Shown here in pieces: positions 39,739 to 52,499 of a stretch of 64,000 bases of DNA. The stretch spans positions 14,260,001 to 14,324,000 of the forward strand of contig NC_043018.1 of NCBI RefSeq assembly GCF_006345805.1, in the 5' to 3' direction. The notes beneath the pieces were generated by a model. It made no database searches and was not told the origin of the DNA. It saw only the letters and a program-made list of their open reading frames with translations. The translations under genes and the position numbers were made by a program. The stretch's first letter is position 1; each line of letters starts with the position of its first letter. This DNA is from Octopus sinensis (lineage: Eukaryota).

Positions 39739-41021
39739 CGAGGGGTGTATAAAAAGTTTTGAGCCTAACCTAGAAACGGAGCTGCTAGGTAACTAAAACA
39801 ATTTTTCCTGGTAAGTACAGTCTTTTCGGAGTTTTCTTGCTCATTTTCATGATTCTGATATTTTAATTTTTTTTCGTTTTTTCTTGCAGATTTTTGAATA
39901 AACAAGTGTCGAGGTTACAAGGAAAATGGAGAAAACTGAGTATCGTGCTGTCATAAAGTGCCTTCATTTGAAAGGCATGACTCCATCAGAAATCCATTAA
40001 GATATGGATGAGAACCTTAACAGACAATGCTCCTTCATATGCAACAGTCAAAAACTGGGTAAATGAATTCCAGCGTGGTAGGGAGGGTGTGGAAGATGAT
40101 CCCACACTAGGGAGGCCTCCAACTGCAACCACCGAGGACAACATTGACCTTGCTCTTGGTATGATAATGCAAGATCGTGGAATATCATGTCGTCCGATAG
40201 CCGAGAAACTGGGCATCTGACTGAAAGAGCAGACAACAATGTAACAAAAGAACTTGGGTTCTCAAAGGTTTCTGCAAGGTGGGTCCCTCACCTTTTGTCT
40301 CCTGAACAGAAACGCACCAGGTGCACTTTGTCCACGAGCAATCTGGAACTGTTTAAAGCTGACGAAGAGAATGTTCTTGCTCGTTTCATTACTTACCAGC
40401 CTGAAACCAAAGAACAATCAAAGCAGTGGAAGCACGTATCTTCTCCTACCCAAAGAAGGCCAGGGTCATCCTTTCCGCTGGCAAGGTCAATGCGTCACTT
40501 TTTGTGGATTCGCAAAGTGTCTTGCTGATCGATTACCTTGAAAAGGGTCACACCGTGACAGGGCTGTATTATTCTCAGCTATTGAAACGCCTCCGAGAAG
40601 CAATCAAAGAATAAAGGCCGGGACTGCTCACCAGAGGAGTCCTTTTTCATCGCGACGAGGCTCCAGCCGACACCTCATGGTTGCCATAGCAACAATTCGT
40701 GATTGTGGATACGAACTTGAACTCCATCCGCCTTATTCGCCAGACTTAGTTGCCCTCTGACTTTCATCTGTTCCCAAAAATGAAAAAAAGCCCTCGATGG
40801 TCGCCATTTTGCCAGTGACAATGATGTCATAGACGCTGTAGGGATATTCTTGGACTCCCAAACAAAAGAGTTCCTCTACGCCGGGAAATGGCGCTTCAAC
40901 ACCGCTGGATAAAGTGTTCCGTCGTCGAGGGGGGGACTATGTTGAAAAATAAATCTATGCTGTTTTTGTTTTTTGTTTTTTAAATTTTGTTCTAAGCTCA
41001 AGACATTTCATACACCCCTCG
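39739..41021 (+). mobile_element. Full-length (1283 bp) defective mariner transposon
   Basis: 30-bp TIRs (25/30 match), TA TSD; transposase 39926-40952 with WVPHLL and YSPDL..SDFHLFP; first catalytic D region deleted. Confidence 0.95.
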
Positions 41022-41196
41022 TATAGATATTCTGAAATAATTATGAGAATATATCTTTTCCACTTATTTATTTTTATTTTTCTAAAATTTTCATTGGGTC
41101 TTGCAACTTTTTCAATAGTTTTGACTCTTAAATTTATTGTTTGCTAATCTGAATGAGAACAGCAGTAACCCGGGCAACGCCGGATCATTCATCTAG

Positions 41197-41197
41197 T

Positions 41198-41228
<31 letters not shown>

Positions 41229-41229
41229 C

Positions 41230-41291
<62 letters not shown>

Positions 41292-41486
41292 ATATATATA
41301 ATATATATATATATATACATATATATATACATGTATATATGTATCTATGTATATATATATATATAATATATATATATAATATACATGTATATATGTATCT
41401 ATGTATATATATATATATGTGTATATATATACATACATATATATATATATATAATATATATATATATATTTACATATATATATATC

Positions 41487-41546
<60 letters not shown>

Positions 41547-41994
41547 ATATATATATATATATATGCAGGAACATTTATATATGTGTGCGTATATGTATGT
41601 GCGGTACGTGTGTGTATATATGTCTGTGTATGTGTGAAAAAGAGGGAGAGAGAAGGGGCGGGAATATTTTAGGCTGTGACTACATTTATTTACTGGTCTG
41701 TAACAATGTTACAATGGCACAGTCATATCGATTTTAGCACCAACAGTCTGATATTTAATGCATTTTCCTGTTGTGGATTAGAGAATATGTAGGTAGGTAG
41801 GTAGGTAGGTAGGTAGGTAGGTTGTTACCAAGTTGGTAAGTAGGGTGGTTGGGTGGTCGTTAATTAAGTTGGTAGACGCGTAAGTAGGTATGTGGGTAGG
41901 TTGTAGGTGGGTGGATAGGTAGGAAAGACAGAAATACAAATATATTTACATCTGTATGTATACATGAGTATGTGTGTGTATATGATATATATGC

Positions 41995-42028
<34 letters not shown>

Positions 42029-42287
42029 TACACACGGGTGCATACGAATGCATGCGTATGTATGATTAGCATGAGTGTGTGTGTGGGTGTGTGTGTGCGT
42101 ATTTACAACCTTCAAAATGTAAGACATGCACAAACACACACACATACATGCACGCATATATATATGCATGTATGTATGCTTGTATGTATGTATGCATGTA
42201 TATATATATATATATGTGTGTGTATATATATATATAATATATATATATATACATATATATACATATATATAATATATATATATATAT

Positions 42288-42318
<31 letters not shown>

Positions 42319-42392
42319 GTATATATGTATATATATATATACATATATATATGTATATGTGTATGTATTATATGTATATGTATACATATAAA

Positions 42393-42425
<33 letters not shown>

Positions 42426-42445
42426 CATATATATATATATATATC
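41197..42445. repeat. (TA)n/(TAGG)n/(CA)n microsatellite-rich region
   Basis: Direct sequence. Confidence 0.8.
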
Positions 42446-42455
42446 ATACAAACGC

Positions 42456-42615
42456 AGGCGTGGCTGTGAGGTAAGAAGCTTGCTTCCCAATCACATGGTT
42501 CCGAGTTCAGTTCCAGCGCGTGGCACCTTGGGCAAGTGTTTTCTACTATAGCCTCGGCCGACCAAGGCCTTGTGAGTGGATTTGGTAGACGGAAACTGAA
42601 AGAAGCCTGTCGTAT
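42456..42615 (+). mobile_element. SINE family A head
   Basis: Homology; a similar head lies at 44590-44742. Confidence 0.8.
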
Positions 42616-42639
42616 ATATATATATGTGTGTGTGTGTGT

Positions 42640-42677
<38 letters not shown>

Positions 42678-42924
42678 TATAATCATACAGATATTGGTAG
42701 ACATATTCCTGTCAAACATAGGCACAAGACCTAACGTCAGAAATCGTTTACCTAATCGGTGTGTACATGACTATAGGTGCGCTCGCATACACATACACAC
42801 ACACTCATGCACGCATACACGTACACATAATGACAAATATACACGAACGAACGCTTACATACTTCCATTGTGACACGAACACGTACATCCATACATGCGC
42901 ACATAAATACACATTCATACATAT

Positions 42925-43356
42925 AGGTAGAGGGTAGCGATTTTCTTCACTACTTCAGGGAGTGACGACCCTGCCTGACACGAGTCCTGGGCTCAGCTGG
43001 CTCCGGCTGACAGTACCCGGTATGGGCCCCTATCCAGGGTTATGGAAAGGAGACAACCTTCAAAGGAATTAGGAGTGCAGCTCCATAGGCGGTTTAGTGT
43101 TCGACTCGACACTCTTCCGGCAGCTCCTGCAACCAAGTTGGTGCCAAACGTAATACTCTGCACTCCTTTGGATTACATCAGCAAGGTCGAGAGGGGAATC
43201 CTGACGATTGGGCTACCCAGGATTTTCTTACATCTAGCCCAGGCCTGCGAAAAACTGGAGAGGAAACTGGGAGTGGACATGAAATGTAAAAACCAGACTG
43301 GATTAGTTTATGCGCAACTCCATTGTCTCCCGAGACAAAAGGATGCCAACAACAAC
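42925..43356 (+). mobile_element. Short internally deleted derivative of the RTE at 15357
   Basis: 42925-43268 matches 15357-15700; 43275-43350 matches 19048-19125; (AAC)n tail. Confidence 0.9.
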
Positions 43357-43835
43357 ATACATACACATATGTTATAATACTGACATGGCCACAAGCAGAA
43401 ACACGCACACAGAAACACACAAATATACACGTGCTCAAAGATATATATACGCACACACACACACACACACATACAGCATACATACGTACACGCGCAAACA
43501 CATTCACACAGAGTCACTCGCATCTGTGAGCGTGTATGTGTATATGTATGTAATTATGTTTGTATGTTTGTCTTTATGTATGTATTCACATACAAAGTGC
43601 GCGCGCACATGCACACGCCCATACACACACACATTTACATATACATGTGTATGTTTGTGTGATTGTCACCCGCGATTGTTACGCCATCTGAGAATGCATT
43701 AAAGCTCTTCTCGGGTCTTCGTATCAAACTGTTACCTCTTGGCTTCAGCGACTTTTTTGCTAGCTACAATTTGTCGTTGACGTTATTTATGACATAGGAA
43801 ATTTACTAAGTATCAAAAACATTTTAGTATTTGAA

Positions 43836-43864
43836 TCCCGGGCAACGCCGGGTACCTCTGCTTG
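43836..43864 (+). mobile_element. Helitron 3' terminus (decayed CTAG)
   Basis: CCCGGGCAACGCCGGG-TACCTCTG-CTTG. Confidence 0.6.
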
Positions 43865-43914
43865 CATCTGTTAAAATGGGATGTCACTGCTATTTTCATT
43901 TTTGTGCAATTTAG

Positions 43915-43936
43915 ACGATAATTTATTCACCGCACC

Positions 43937-43939
<3 letters not shown>
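43915..43939. mobile_element. Possible Tc1/pogo-type TIR end abutting (TA)n
   Basis: ...TTCACCGCACCCTG|TA; partner end not found. Confidence 0.3.
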
Positions 43940-43976
<37 letters not shown>

Positions 43977-44136
43977 AATTGAATAAGGGTAGAAATTGAT
44001 ATAATCAAGTGGCCTAGCATATTAAAAAAATCCGAAGACTAAAATATTTTTACATACAAAATTTAAAGGACTGACCACTAAAAGTGGACAGTCAATATGC
44101 TAGATATAGACGTCTATATCTAGCATATTGACTATA

Positions 44137-44183
<47 letters not shown>

Positions 44184-44226
44184 ATATATATATATATATA
44201 ATATATATATATATACATACATATAT

Positions 44227-44295
<69 letters not shown>

Positions 44296-44515
44296 TTTAT
44301 ATGTATAGGGAGAATTCACAAAAAAAAAACAAAAGACGAAGACAGGTGGTGTAGACAACAAACAGATAGTATAACGCTCAGGAATTGAAAAGGTGTTTAA
44401 CGTATGGTCTTCCATACCTAACTCGGTAACTTGTTAAAAGATTACGCTGTCATAGTTATCTCCCCTACACTTGTCAAGAATTGGTTCTGAGACTCTGATA
44501 GTTTCACTTTCACTT

Positions 44516-44575
<60 letters not shown>

Positions 44576-44761
44576 GAGTGTGTGCGTAGGTGTGTGATAA
44601 TAAGTTTGCCTCCCTACCACATGGTTCTGGGTTCAGTCCCACTTCGTAGCACCTTCGTTAAATGTCGTCTACTATAGCCATAGTCCGACCAAAGTTTTGT
44701 GAGTGGATTTAATAGACGGAAACTGAAAGAAGCCCGTCGTATATATATATATTATATATAT

Positions 44762-44793
<32 letters not shown>

Positions 44794-45242
44794 CGTGTGT
44801 GTGTGGTGTATGTGTGTGTGGGCGCACGCGCGTATACTACTAAAAGTTCCTCAAAATCACAGCCGCTTCATGCATAAAATTCCACCAGATTCTGTCGGAC
44901 GACTGCGATGATGCCTGACGTCATTCACGTGACCATTGAATCTTTGGTTAAATCGTTCTACTATACAATCAACATAAATCAGGGTGTTTGGTGCATTCTG
45001 TTGCATGCACTAAATGGGAATCTTTACACGTCCCACCTTCCGTATAAATCATAACATTTCTCTCTTGATTTCTTTTCTTTTCTTTCTTTCTTTCTTTTAT
45101 CACAAACAAAATTTGAAAACTGATGAAGTCCTTCTATCAAAATAGTAACGCAGGATTTCCTCGTTTATACTGGAAACTGCATCCTGCTCTTTCCTATTGT
45201 CTATTTACCTTCGTGAAGAGTTACGTCAATCTTTATAAAATG

Positions 45243-45665
45243 TTATTATTATTATTATTATTCTATGTTTGACTTTTGCTATATATTGGTACAAGTTGGC
45301 TCCAAGTCTCACCCAGAGACCTCAAGAGACAACAGGTTGCAAGTTCGTATTGTTGTTATGCCTAGTGTGCCATATATTTGGTTTTGTATTTAGTGTTGTA
45401 CTAGTGAATGCCTAAATAAATAAAAAAGAAAATTATGTTTGTTTTAAAACTTGAGATTACATAGAAAGTATTTTGCGTAGGATACGAGCAGTTCCCATGA
45501 GTACTATCTTTTGAATTTCTGCCATTTTGGGGTTTCCTGGTATCTGAGTTAGGTAGCGGTCAGCCCCTTTTGCTATCATTCCCAAGGCACCTATGACAAC
45601 AGGTATTGTTTTAGTCTTCAGGTTCCACATTTTGCTTATTTCTATTTCAAGATCTTTATATTTTA
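45243..45665 (-). mobile_element. Dong/R4-type 3' fragment (variant C)
   Basis: KDLEIEISKMWNLKTKTIPVVIGALG...QKIVLMGTARILRKILSM*; (TTA)n at both ends. Confidence 0.85.
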
Positions 45666-45689
45666 TTAATATTATTATTATTATTATAA

Positions 45690-46250
45690 CTGAGTGAGAG
45701 AGCAGTACATGCCATCAAAGTGACACTTGGGTAAAATATACGAAGCCCAGTATACCCATCAAAACTATCCGTATGATACCCGCCTGGTTACACAAAGCAC
45801 ATGCATCACAACCATATGTGCGCAACATGGTAGTTTCATATCAAGATAAACAGCGCATGAACTTGCAGGTGAGGCCCAGTTAGAATTTTCTTCAGGTTGA
45901 GTAGCCCATCCCACACAGAGGGTCCCTGAATACGGGTTACCTAAGTTTGTTGAACGAACCACCCATGTTTCTAGAAGTGAATTATCCAAATCCCAAAGAA
46001 TTCCTCTCAACACATGGTTATGATGCTCCCCCACTACTTCTGCTCGTGATCAGAGATGCACATATCGTCAGCCACTAAGGGACATGCACAACTTATGGCC
46101 AAAAGACGGATAAGCAAATCTGTGGTATTGAGCAAAATATTTGCTGTAGTCCATCTTTTATATATCAAGACAAAAGAATGTACATGATAACATTTCCAAT
46201 CAGTTAAGATAAGAAGCCATGAGAGCCAGTGCCTTGTACTGTATCAGAGC

Positions 46251-46255
<5 letters not shown>
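45690..46255 (-). mobile_element. Unclassified ~560-bp non-coding element flanked by (TAA)n
   Basis: 45712-45920 is the reverse complement of 46650-46860; TAA tracts on both sides. Confidence 0.5.
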
Positions 46256-46293
<38 letters not shown>

Positions 46294-46302
46294 GAGAAAG
46301 CA

Positions 46303-46510
46303 GCGAGCTGGCAGAATAGTTAGCACGCTGGGCGAAATGCTTAGTGGTATTTCGTCCATCTTTACAGTTTGAGTTCAAATTCCACCGGAGTTAACTTTGC
46401 GTTTCATCCTTTTGGAGTCGATAAAATAAGTACCAATCGAGCACTAGGGTCGATGTAATCGACTAGTCCCCTCCCCTGAAATTTCAGGCCTCGTGTCCTT
46501 AGTAGAAAGG
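46303..46510 (+). mobile_element. SINE family C
   Basis: AGCTGGCAGAATAGTTAGCA head after (TTA)n; GTAGAAAGG tail. Confidence 0.85.
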
Positions 46511-46861
46511 ATTCTGACGAAACCGTTCTGCACGCCCTCGTTCAGTGTCCCGGTATTACTGACTTGTGGGGTTGTGTCGAACAGCTGCTGTCACGTGAGG
46601 GATGGATCCGTCTGTCGGCTGAGTCAATAGTGATGATCGCCTCGCAGCGCCCTCCTTCAATCGGGATGGGCTACTCGACCTGAAGAAAATTTATAACTGG
46701 GTCCCACCCGCAAAGTCATGCACTGTTTATCTTAATATGAAATCCCCATGTCGCGCACATATGGTTGTGATGCGTGTACCTGGTATACCCTTATAAGACG
46801 GGTAGTCATGATGGGTATACTTGGCTTCGTATATTTTTATCGCAGTGTTACTTTGATGTCG

Positions 46862-47270
46862 ACTAAGTCATAGAGGCGACTCGACCAGATATCGTGCTCA
46901 TCCATAAAGATGAAAAAAAAGCAAAGATAATAGATGTTGCAATACCAGACGATTCGAGGGTGAAATGTAAGGAAACAGAAAAGATGGAGAAATACCAGTC
47001 ACTGCGGGACGAGATAGGAAAGTTATGGGACATAAGGAAAATAATGGTGATAGGGGTGGTAATCAGAGCATTAAGGAGCAGTTTCTAAGGGCTTTGAAAA
47101 ACATATTAAGAATTGAGGTGATCCAGAAGACAGTATTGTTGGATACAGCTCGCATTCTAAGGAAAGTGTTGTCTATCTGAGTTACAGGAGAAGGCACTAC
47201 GTGAAACCTTTGGTGGTTTGTTGTTGCCTGCTTTCAAGTAAAGAATAACCAGTAATTAAGAACTATCAGA
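46862..47270 (+). mobile_element. Dong/R4-type 3' fragment (variant D)
   Basis: RPDIVLI..IIDVAIPDD..EKMEKYQSL...QKTVLLDTARILRKVLSI*. Confidence 0.8.
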
Positions 47271-47311
47271 AAGACTTTCATAACTGTTGATAATGGTGAT
47301 AATGATGATGC

Positions 47312-47826
47312 TGATGATTTATTTTATTGTCCACAAGGGCCGAAACATGGAGGACAATATCGAAGGACGAGTTACAACAGAAAAAAAAATTACCAAACCT
47401 TGAAGGGTTAACATTGATCAAGGGGAGATAATAGCACATTAAAGGATATATAACAGAAAGTAGAGAAATAAATAGATAAATAGAATCCCTAATAGCGGGG
47501 CAGTCCATTTAGGGTAATCCAGGGATAAACCCTACATAAAAATCTCCGATTACTCTGCCATCCCCAAAGCATGGGAAAGTGCCCTCTTCCAGTTTCTTTT
47601 CTCCTGCTCAGAGTCGGTCCATTCAGCCTCTCCAGTCCTGCCACTACCGATAACCACACTAGAATCGGCACTTCCCTCACCTTCCTCTTCCAATGATATT
47701 TTAAGAAATTGATGAGGGCTTGACCAAATAGGAAAGTGCCTGTCTTCAAACCTTTCAGACGGGTCCGCCATACAACCTCTTTTGCCACATCCACTAAGCA
47801 GACGAAGATCTGCCTTCCTTCACTGC
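47312..47826 (-). mobile_element. L1/Tx1-like LINE 3' end
   Basis: IFVCLVDVAKEVVWRTRLKG..ALINFLKYHWKRKV resembles Tx1 C-termini; 3'UTR with AATAAA and (ATC)n end. Confidence 0.55.
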
Positions 47827-47859
47827 TGCTGCTAATAGTAATAATAATAATAATAACCC

Positions 47860-48070
47860 TTTCTATTATAGGCACAAGGGCTTGAAATTTTGGGTTAAGG
47901 GACTAGATGATTACATCGACCCCAGTGCTTCACTGGTACTTAATTTATCGACTCCGAAAGAATGAAAGGCAAAGTCGACTTTGGCGGAATTTGAACTCAG
48001 AACGTAACAGCAGACGAAATGCCGCTAACAATTTCACCCGGCGGGGCTAACGATTCTGCCAGCTCATCGC
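47860..48070 (-). mobile_element. SINE family C
   Basis: Homology; (TTA)n tail. Confidence 0.85.
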
Positions 48071-48309
48071 ATTTAATGGTTTCCAGTATTGCAATGGATT
48101 AAAAAGAGCAAAACGGTCTGAGTATCTCCGACCGTTTCTGCACCACGCACAGCCTCTCCGATACCTTCGGCCTTTATTCACGCTTAGTAAAATAGTTTTA
48201 TCTAACAAGAGTTAGTTCCCTTAGTTTAAATCGCTTTGAACTTTAAAAGTTATTTCCCTTTATAGGTGTGCGCGCGCGTGTGTGTGTGTGTGAAACAATT
48301 TTTTTTTTT

Positions 48310-48690
48310 CTTTTATTTCTTTGACTTGTTTCAGTCATTTGACTGCGGCCATGCTGGAGCACCGCCTTAAGTCAGACAAACCGACCCCAGGACTTATCCT
48401 TTGTAAGCCTAGTACTTATTCTATCGGTCTATTTTGCCGAACCGCTAAGTTACGGGGACGTAAACACACCAGCATCGATTGTCAAGCGATGCTAGGGGGA
48501 CAAACACACACACACACACATATATACGACGGGCTTCTTTCAGTTTCCGTCAACCAAATCCACTCACAAGGCTTTGGTCGGCTCGAGGCTATAGTAGAAG
48601 ACACTTGCCCAAGGTGCCACGCTGTGGGAATGAACCCGGAACCATGTGGTTCGTAAGCAACCTACTTACTACATAGCAAATTCTGCACCT
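48310..48690 (-). mobile_element. SINE family A, full length
   Basis: Homology to 5833 and 50453 copies. Confidence 0.9.
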
Positions 48691-48977
48691 ACATCTTTGT
48701 CTATAACTGTTACTCTTTTGCTAGTTTCAGTCATTGTACTGAGGTCATGCTGGAGCAGTGACTTCTAACAGTGTACTTGATCACACTCAAGCAAAGACTT
48801 ATTATCAACTTTTATTTATTTATTTTATTTTAAATCAACCCCAAAAGAATGAAAGTTAAAACGGACCTCATTAAATATATATATAAGAACCAAATCTCAC
48901 AATGAGGAATCTTTTTCTGATGATGACCAATTCTTACAGACACCTATTTTGGATTTAGACATTTTTCTTTCTAAATT

Positions 48978-49915
48978 TACATGGTAAGTAGCTTGCTTAC
49001 CAACCACATTGTTCCGGGTTCAGTCCCACAGCGCGGCACCTTAGGCAGGTGTCTTCTACTATAGCCTTGGGCCAACCAAAGCCTTGTGAGTGGATTTGGT
49101 AGACGGAAACTGGAAGAAGCCTGTCGTGTATATATATATATATATATATATATACACGAAATCCTCCTCAAATTATGCACAAATGGCATTGTGGAAGAGT
49201 GAGAGAATATTAGACAGTGTAGTCCTAGATACATAATGCCAGAAAGAAGGATGGAATGGTCAGGTCTGGAACTCCTTCAAGATTAATCAGCCAAAATTGC
49301 GAAGATGATCCGGTTCATGACTGAAGATTGAGGGCTTCGAATGTCCCGTCCGTGTTTTTTGTATCGTCTTCTAAATATTTTGCGTTCCTGTCCCAGTTTG
49401 TATTTTTTTACATATATATATATAATATATATATATATATATACACGAAATCCTCCTCAAATTATGCACAAATGGCATTGTGAAGAGTGAGAGAATATTA
49501 GACAGTGTAGTCCTAGATACATAATGCCAGAAAGAAGGATGGAATGGTCAGGTCTGGAACTCCTTCAAGATTAATCAGCCAAATTGCGAAGATGATCCGG
49601 TTCATGACTGAAGATTGAGGGCTTCGAATGTCCCGTCCGTGTTTTTTGTATCGTCTTCTAAATATTTTGCGTTCCTGTCCCAGTTTGTATTTTTTTACAT
49701 ATATATATATATATGTGTGTGTGTCTCGTTTGTCCCCCCCAACATTGCTTGACAACTGATGCTGGTGTGTTTACGTCCCTGTAACTTAGCAATTTGGCAA
49801 AGGGACCGATAGAATAAGCACAAGGCTTACAAAGAATAAGTTCTGGGGTCGATTTGTTTGACTAAAGGTGGTGCTCCAGCATGGCTACAGTCAAATGACT
49901 GAAACAAATAAAAGA
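48978..49915 (+). mobile_element. SINE family A split by two tandem ~256-bp inserts in its internal (TA)n
   Basis: Head 48978-49128, inserts 49155-49411 and 49444-49698, tail 49712-49915. Confidence 0.85.
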
Positions 49916-50452
49916 AAAAACAAAAGCATGTTTTTGAAGAATCACAGCTTAATCCTTTATGTGTATAATCAAAGAGTCAAACATTAATTGAAGTATTGTT
50001 CAATGTGGTTTGTAGGTATTTGAAAATACTTCACAGAATGCCAACCATGCCCTACATAGTTATGGGTTGCTCTTTGGCAAGGCATATAGCACGCATTTAG
50101 CCACCCTGCCAGGGATACAACGAAGTCATTGGACAGCAGCCTGGCAGATTGTGAAGCAGTAATAGAAGGGCTCAAATGAGCCGACGGTGCTTCTTACATT
50201 GGTGCTGAGCAAAGGAATCCTGGAAGATGAATGGTCAGGATCACCCAAGCTCTGTCAAGAGGGTAACAGCAACAACATCCAAAGGGTTGCGTAATCAGCG
50301 AATGAAAGATTCATTGTTCCATGATGATGGAACAGGGTGGAGACAGAGTCGTGGGAATCCAAGAAAGCAGCAAAAAACATTGCTCAATAAAGTATCCCTG
50401 TGCAAGATATGGATATTCCTGTGCTGGAAGAATCTGTTCGTAATGGAGAGCG

Positions 50453-50609
50453 TAGTGTGGCTGTGTGGTAAGTAGCTTGCTTATGAACCACATGGTTCCA
50501 GGTTCAGTCCCACTCTGTGGCACCTTGGGCAAGTGTCTTCTACTATAGCCTCAGGCCAACCAAAGCCCTGTGAGTGGATTTGGTAGACGGAAACTGGAAG
50601 AAGCCCATC

Positions 50610-50646
<37 letters not shown>

Positions 50647-50885
50647 TATATATATACATGTGTGTGTGTGTGCATGTATGTTTGTGTGGCTGTGTTTGTC
50701 CCCACAACATCGCTTGACAACCGATGCTGGTGTGTTTACGTCCCCGTAACTTAGCAGTTCGGCAAAAGAGACCGATAGAATAAGTACTAGGCTTACAAAG
50801 AATAAGTCCTGGGGTCGATTTGCTCAACTAAAGGTGGTGCTCCAGCATGGCCACAGTCAAATGACTGAAACAAGTAAAAGATTAA
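50453..50885 (+). mobile_element. SINE family A, full length
   Basis: Head, internal (TA)(TG), tail; another head at 52088-52250. Confidence 0.9.
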
Positions 50886-51671
50886 AAGAGAAAAGAGAGA
50901 GCCCATTTAAAGGTGAAAAACTACAGTAATGTTGAGAAGACCTTTAAGGGGGGAAGCTGGCAGAATTGTTAGCATGCCAGGTAAAATGTTTAGCACCATT
51001 TCAAATCCCACCTGGGTCGGCTGCCTTTCATTCTTGTAGGGTTGGATACTAGGGGCGGTTTAATAGACTTAACATCCCCCACACACACAGAAATCTCTGG
51101 CCTTGTGCTAAAATTTGAAACCAATCTTAATAAGTCCCAGTTAGGAACATATGAAAAGTTTGATTTTGGTTGAGTGTTGTTATGTGTATGTGTGCAGGGC
51201 ATTTATGTGTGTGTGTGCGCATGCATGCTTGTATGCATGACTGTGTTGTGTGTGTGTGAGTTTTTTTCTATTGTATGGAAACCTAACCAATCCAGAGAGT
51301 AACCCTTTTTGTTCAATGTTCTGATAAACTAATCCACAGCATGAACGGAAGAGAACAACTTAGGAGGAGAGTACAGAAAAATGAATTTCTATACGAAATA
51401 AATTAACAACAAAAATAAGATTTACAGTATTATTATTATTATTATTATTATTAAAATCAGACAGATCCTTCATTAAGAACTCATCAGGAAAAGTCAGACC
51501 CAAAAAATAAAATAAGATTAATAAATAAAATTCAAACCAAAAAAAAAAAGCATTTGAAGTTATTGCAAAAAATATTTTGTCACAATTGAAAATATTTATA
51601 ATTTGCATGTGTGTGTGTAAACAGGTTAACTTAATTCAAAACGTTTTCACATGGTATGTGTATACATACAT

Positions 51672-51706
<35 letters not shown>

Positions 51707-52499
51707 TTCATACACATACATATACACATATATACATACGTATACATTTACACATACACACACACAAGCCATTATAAACAAAGAAAAAGAGAAAATTCAA
51801 CAGTTCAACATTTACCAGCTCCCATCTCAGACAATCTATCCATGACCTCATCTAGTTAACATATCCTAAATTAATTTCCTTTAAAACTACAAACTTATAA
51901 GTTAAATCTCAACAAGTTGGATACAAATTTTGGCATTTCACCTAGGTTAAAAATAATACTCCACTTTTTGCCTTTGACTATTAAAATTATATTCCAAACA
52001 CCAACTTAAATTATTATACAAAAAAAAAAAGAAAATTAAATTAGTTATATTCACTTGATTTTTCTTTAAAAAAATTTAATGAATAAAGGTGCAGATATAG
52101 CTGTGTGGTAAGAAGTTGGCTTCCCAGTCACATGGTTCCAGGTTCAGTCCCACTGTGTGTCACCTGCGCAAATGTCTTCCACTCCAGCCTTGGGCTGACC
52201 AAAGCCTTGTGAGTGGATTTGGTAGATGGAAACTGAAGGAAGCCTGATATGTACATACATATTGTTTGTTCCTTCTCGAGCCATGCCTGGCTCATAAAGG
52301 CCGGTTTCCTTGGCATATAGATTCCCCACCTGGACGAGACCCCTATCTGTCACAGGTGAGCTGCAAGATGTAGGAGGAAAGAGTGAGAGAAAGTTGTGGC
52401 AAGAGAGTCAGCACCTACAAGCCACAAGATTAGGGATGCTCAGCTGGGGAAGGTGGCAGGGGATGAGCCTATATAGAAGAGCAAACACACTTTTATTTA

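Larger units (their letters stand above)
37100..41196 (+). mobile_element. Decayed, internally deleted Rep-Pif1 Helitron carrying nested insertions
   Basis: PTSNEVA, SETHP.YD, FQQYLVDIYAK, LFVTFTCNPKW, GDFRQTL, LCNGT, SINKSQG, FSHAQLCVACSRV, NIVYPEVL*; 3' end CCCGGGCAACGCCGG..CTAG|T at 41178-41197. Confidence 0.85.

Noticed and set aside
46000-46255. U1/U2 snRNA-like words in the TAA-flanked element
   Set aside because: Matches of 11 nt or less without the snRNA order or structure
49316-49355. Hammerhead in the duplicated unit (CUGAAGA...GAAUGUCCCGUC)
   Set aside because: GAAU instead of GAAA, and stems I and III cannot be paired consistently
51440-51495. Minus-strand CUGAUGA-GUUC(UUAAU)GAAG hammerhead remnant
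   Set aside because: GAAAC half is missing; cannot be distinguished from chance
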